A stretch of DNA of 64,000 bases from contig NIVC01001758.1 in assembly GCA_002269645.1 (NCBI GenBank), positions 124,001-188,000 on the forward strand, in the 5' to 3' direction. Source of the stretch: Macrostomum lignano. Its lineage: Eukaryota. The notes beneath the pieces are model-generated. The model was given only the letters and a program-made list of their open reading frames with translations, was not told where the DNA came from and made no database searches. Below, one piece after another: positions 60,085-64,000 of the stretch. Each line of letters opens with the position of its first letter. Position 1 is the stretch's first letter. The position numbers and the translations under genes were made by a program.

Positions 60085-60673
60085 ATGGCGGCCTCTTCTT
60101 CTCAGAGTCCAGCTGAATCGCCGATGATGCCGTCCCTGCGACGTCGCGCCGAAGTGCGCGTCGGCCAACTACCGGCGTTCGGCAACTTTCAAGACTTCCC
60201 AGACGATGACAGCAGCTCAGCCGAGACTGCCGCTTCGATGCCAGCCTCATGTCGGCGCTACCAGCACAGACGAGCCGCCGCGGAGGCCAATCAGCAACAG
60301 TCGCGACGACCGCGGGCGGTGCCAACCCGGCGGCTGACGGTTCGTAGGCGGTGCTCCGAGTGGACGTCAATGACATTCTCAGCAACTGTGCAGTTGGACC
60401 TCACCGGGGTGAGCGACATTCGTGCCGAGGTAGCCTATCACGGACAGGCCAGCGGTTGTCCTAAGAGCGACTCGAGCAAGAACCAGTCTGATGATGTCGA
60501 AGACAGGGAGCGCAAACCGACGTCAGGCTTAACGTCTGCAACGACGTCGACAAGCTCCTGGGGCGGCCGGAGTCGATTTGTACAGGTGCGAAATCCGCTG
60601 TGCGTGCCGCGCTGCAGCGACAATTTGGGCACCTGGCGCACCTGCATGGTGCCTATTGCCGATTTGGAAAGAT
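60085..60673 (+). CDS. Probable first coding exon of an unidentified gene that continues downstream
   Basis: GC-rich 196-codon frame from ATG ending at a consensus donor AGAT/GTGAGT (60674), followed by a minisatellite-bearing intron-like region as in the other genes. No family motif recognised. Confidence 0.55.
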
Positions 60674-61029
60674 GTGAGTCTAATTAACGAGCATGGGATA
60701 ATTGTAATTATGATTAGCTCCCAGCGATAGGTCTTTATTGTAATTATCGTGACTATATTTAATAAATTTTCTATCTAGGACAGCTGAAACAGAAGGGCAC
60801 TGCTTGCAAAAAATGCTTTCTCGAAAATTGGATTTTTTCAATTTTTTGAACACCGAATCACCGTCTAGACTGAGGATTTCAAATAAAGCAGGCAAGTGTT
60901 TAGTCCGAACCGAAGGTGCGCTCACAAATTTGTCAAGAAAAATTTAGACAGAATATTATTGGATAGCGGCAACGCTAAAAAAATAGAAATGAAATGATGA
61001 TGTGAAGTGTCGTGAATGTGAAGTGTATG

Positions 61030-61875
61030 ATATGATATGAAGTGTCGGAGATATGAGGTGTCGGAGATATGAAGTGTCGGAGATATGAGGTGTCGGAGAT
61101 ATGAAGTGTCGGAGATATGAAGTGTCGGAGATATGAGGTGTCGGAGATATGAAGTGTCGGAGATATGAAGTGTCGGAGATATAAGGTGTCGGACTGTCGG
61201 AGATATGAAGTGTCGGAGAGATGAAGTGTCGGAGATATGAAGTGTCGGAGATATGAAGTGTCGGAGATATGAAGTGTCGGAGATATGAAGTGTCGGAGAT
61301 ATGAAGTGTCGGAGATATGAAGTGTCGGAGATATGAAGTGTCGGAGATATGAAGTGTCGGAGATATGAAGTGTCGGAGATATGAAGTGTCGGAGATATGA
61401 AGTGTCGGCGATATGAGGTGTCGGAGATATGAAGTGTCGGCGATATGAGGTGTCGGAGATATGAAGTGTCGGAGAAATGAGGTGTCGGAGATATGAAGTG
61501 TCGGCGATATGAGGTGTCGGAGATATGAAGTGTCGGAGATATGAGGTGTCGGAGATATGAAGTGTCGGAGATATGAGGTGTCGGAGATATGAAGTGTCGG
61601 AGAAATAAGGTGTCGGAGATATGAAGTGTCGGAGATATGAAGTGTCGGAGATATGAAGTGTCGGAGATATGAAGTGTCGGAGAAATGAGGTGTCGGAGAT
61701 ATGAAGTGTCGGAGATATGAAGTGTCGGAGATATGAGGTGTCGGAGATATGAAGTGTCGGAGATATGAGGTGTCGGAGATATGAAGTGTCGGAGAAATAA
61801 GGTGTCGGAGATATGAAGTGTCGGAGATATAAGGTGTCGGAGTTATGAAGTGTCAGAGATGTAAAGTGTCGGAGT
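61030..61875. repeat. 16-bp minisatellite (ATGAAGTGTCGGAGAT)
   Basis: About 50 copies; source of the spurious ORF 60975..61889. Confidence 0.94.
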
Positions 61876-63912
61876 GCAATGCTTTCCATGCTTTCTAATT
61901 TTTTAGTTTCTTATTCTAAGAGCTCAACGAAAATTATGATTGGTTAGCAGCAGACGATGCTGGTTTAGTGAACGACCGAACTCCGATCCATGGTATTTCG
62001 TTGTTCTCTATAGTGTAGCTTTGCCCAAAGCCCCTGGATTTTGCACGCATGACTTAATTAATTAGTTTTTTACTGTCTCAACCCCAAAACTGATCTTGTT
62101 CTCGACAATTTTTAAAGAGAAAAAAACCTACGACATGCAGACTCCACGCAGTGGCTGGAGTAGCTACGAGAGTCAAGTTTTCCTGTATCCTCTGCTGCAG
62201 CGGTCGTGTCTGATCGAGTGCAAGAATCGCATTGCACTCGGGATGGTTGCGCATTTAGCAGCCTTTTACTTCCTTCTTTCTATTTAATTAATCAGCTTTA
62301 TTCGTCTCTCTAGCTTAGTGCCTTCTCTAGACGCATAAAAGACAGACATGAAAAGGTGCGCTAATTAAAACTTGCGGGCCTAAAACTAACGCAATTGTTT
62401 TGAAAGCTGGTTTTCAACTTTAATTGATGGATTATTAGCTTGTAATTATACTGTAAACTACGCTCTTCTTGGAATATACTAGCAGTCAAACTTAAGAGAC
62501 TTCATCTGAATGGCTCCCCAGAGCAACAGACACGAAGATACGTTAGTTTTTTTGCGTCGTGCCTCGGGAGCTGTTTAGCCGTTGAGCTATCTATTTGCTC
62601 AAGTACATGTCCACAAACGAACATGAAAGTGTGAGCTAACAGGAAATCAGACACTAACAAACTGGAGGGGTTGACATGACTAAAGCGGTCCTCGGACGGT
62701 ACCTCTTTCTGCTCAAGTAGCACTGATGGCACTGACTGCCGCAACCGGCTATCGCCCGGACAGCTCCTAGAGCCGAGCCACCCGCTGCAGCAGAGTCTGC
62801 AAGCTGTAGGTCTCTGCATTCTCTGCCTTGAGTAGGTTGTCACGTCAGTCCGGGGTAGCTGCAGGATTTTAAAGTGGATGTCTCGGCGAGTTTTGCCAAC
62901 ACGGGATTCTCGGAATCAATCATTCACGATCGAAAGCGTTCATTTTATCAATCGTTAACGATAGAAAATCGATTAGAATAAAAACGATTCACCGCCGAAG
63001 GGACATGGCAGATTTTAAAATGTGCAGAGCCGTATGCGCAAAAGAGCACGTGTGGAAAAAACGATAGCAAACACAAGCACAAAGGCGCAACCCGGCCTCA
63101 CACGCAAACCTCACAAAACTAAAGCTGGGAATTAGACTGAGTCGGCAGAATATCAAAGTTTTGCTATAGCAAGGGGTCGGCAAACATTTGGACCGCGAAG
63201 CCTCTCTATCCGGTCCTCGGGTCCGTTTAAACTTCACAATAGCAAACCGGCCAGCATATGGTTTACACTCAGCAACATTTAAAGTTTCCACCTTAAAACC
63301 AGCTGGGGTCAACCAGTGGCTGCTTTAATCCAATTCTAGCCATAACCCTCCACTCTCTCCTCACCAGCCTATGCTGGGCATTGTGACGCAAATTGCATCA
63401 CCCACAATTGAGACGAGTAAATCACGTCGCTTGGGGTTGAGATCTGAGACAAGTTGACCACTGGTTTCTTTAGCATGTTGCTGAGTGTACATGTACGAGC
63501 GTATGTCTCTTCTTGGCTCTCTCTTCAATTCTTCCCCTCTACTCTTCTCTCTCTCCTCTTTCCCCGCTTCTCTCCTCTCCCCTCTCATCTCTCTCCCTTT
63601 AAGCTGCCGGCGCTTCCACGATGGTGTCCCTTCCGATCTGGCTGCGCCCCTGACTTAAAATACTTCAGAGTAGCTACGATCAAGACGTAACTGTCAAGTT
63701 ATCCCTCATATCGGTCTATCTGATTTGTACCGATCTGTGTCTGCATAACGCAAGACAGCGACATTGCTAACCGCTCCAAGCTCTTTAAGCACTGTAATTT
63801 GCGAATTTCCCCAACAACAACTATTTCTGTGGCTCTCTAAAAAGGGACGCTATAAAGAGGAAAAGGAGAAAGATGACGAGGGGGGAAGGTGGCATCAAGG
63901 CTACTGACTAAG

Positions 63913-63915
<3 letters not shown>

Positions 63916-64000
<85 letters not shown>
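63916..64000. repeat. (GA)n microsatellite running off the window
   Basis: Directly visible. Confidence 0.97.

Noticed and set aside
60975-61889. 304-aa ORF
   Set aside because: Translation of a 16-bp minisatellite.
62500-63690. Short ORFs as next exons or a LINE endonuclease (FKVETLNV)
   Set aside because: No convincing motif set or in-phase splice sites.

Overview
This is animal genomic DNA, not prokaryotic. It has GC-rich exons, GT-AG introns and a different minisatellite in almost every intron. This style resembles a Macrostomum-type flatworm, but the species call is an inference. Host genes reconstructed with in-phase splice junctions are: the 3' part of gamma-tubulin complex component 3 (+, 3 exons to 8988), a TMC channel (-, 9 exons, 805 aa), UAP1 (-, 4 exons, 489 aa), a DnaJ protein with a C-terminal hydrophobic segment (-, 2 exons, 263 aa) and ARPC1 (-, 4 exons, 371 aa). 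There is also an initiator tRNA-Met and an orphan + strand coding exon near 60 kb. Transposon relics are: a dead antisense Ty3/Gypsy in the GCP3 intron, a CCC-ended TIR element, two THAP/P-element fragments with a mariner inserted in one, a Merlin with TIRs and an 8-bp TSD, an intron-containing MULE with a 9-bp TSD, and three short LINE-3'-end insertions with TSDs. Best leads: (1) a candidate trans-spliced operon ARPC1-DnaJ-UAP1-TMC; (2) a minisatellite built from the UAP1 exon 1/intron junction, giving about 11 decoy 5' splice sites; (3) a ~70-nt stem-loop mini-retroposon; (4) a possible CpA/TpG-to-TpA (RIP-like) mutation signature in repeats and nearby exon edges; (5) a Gypsy whose 5' LTR is missing right beside the host acceptor. 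No CRISPR array or bacterial-type system is supported. All coordinates and homology calls were made by eye without database searches.
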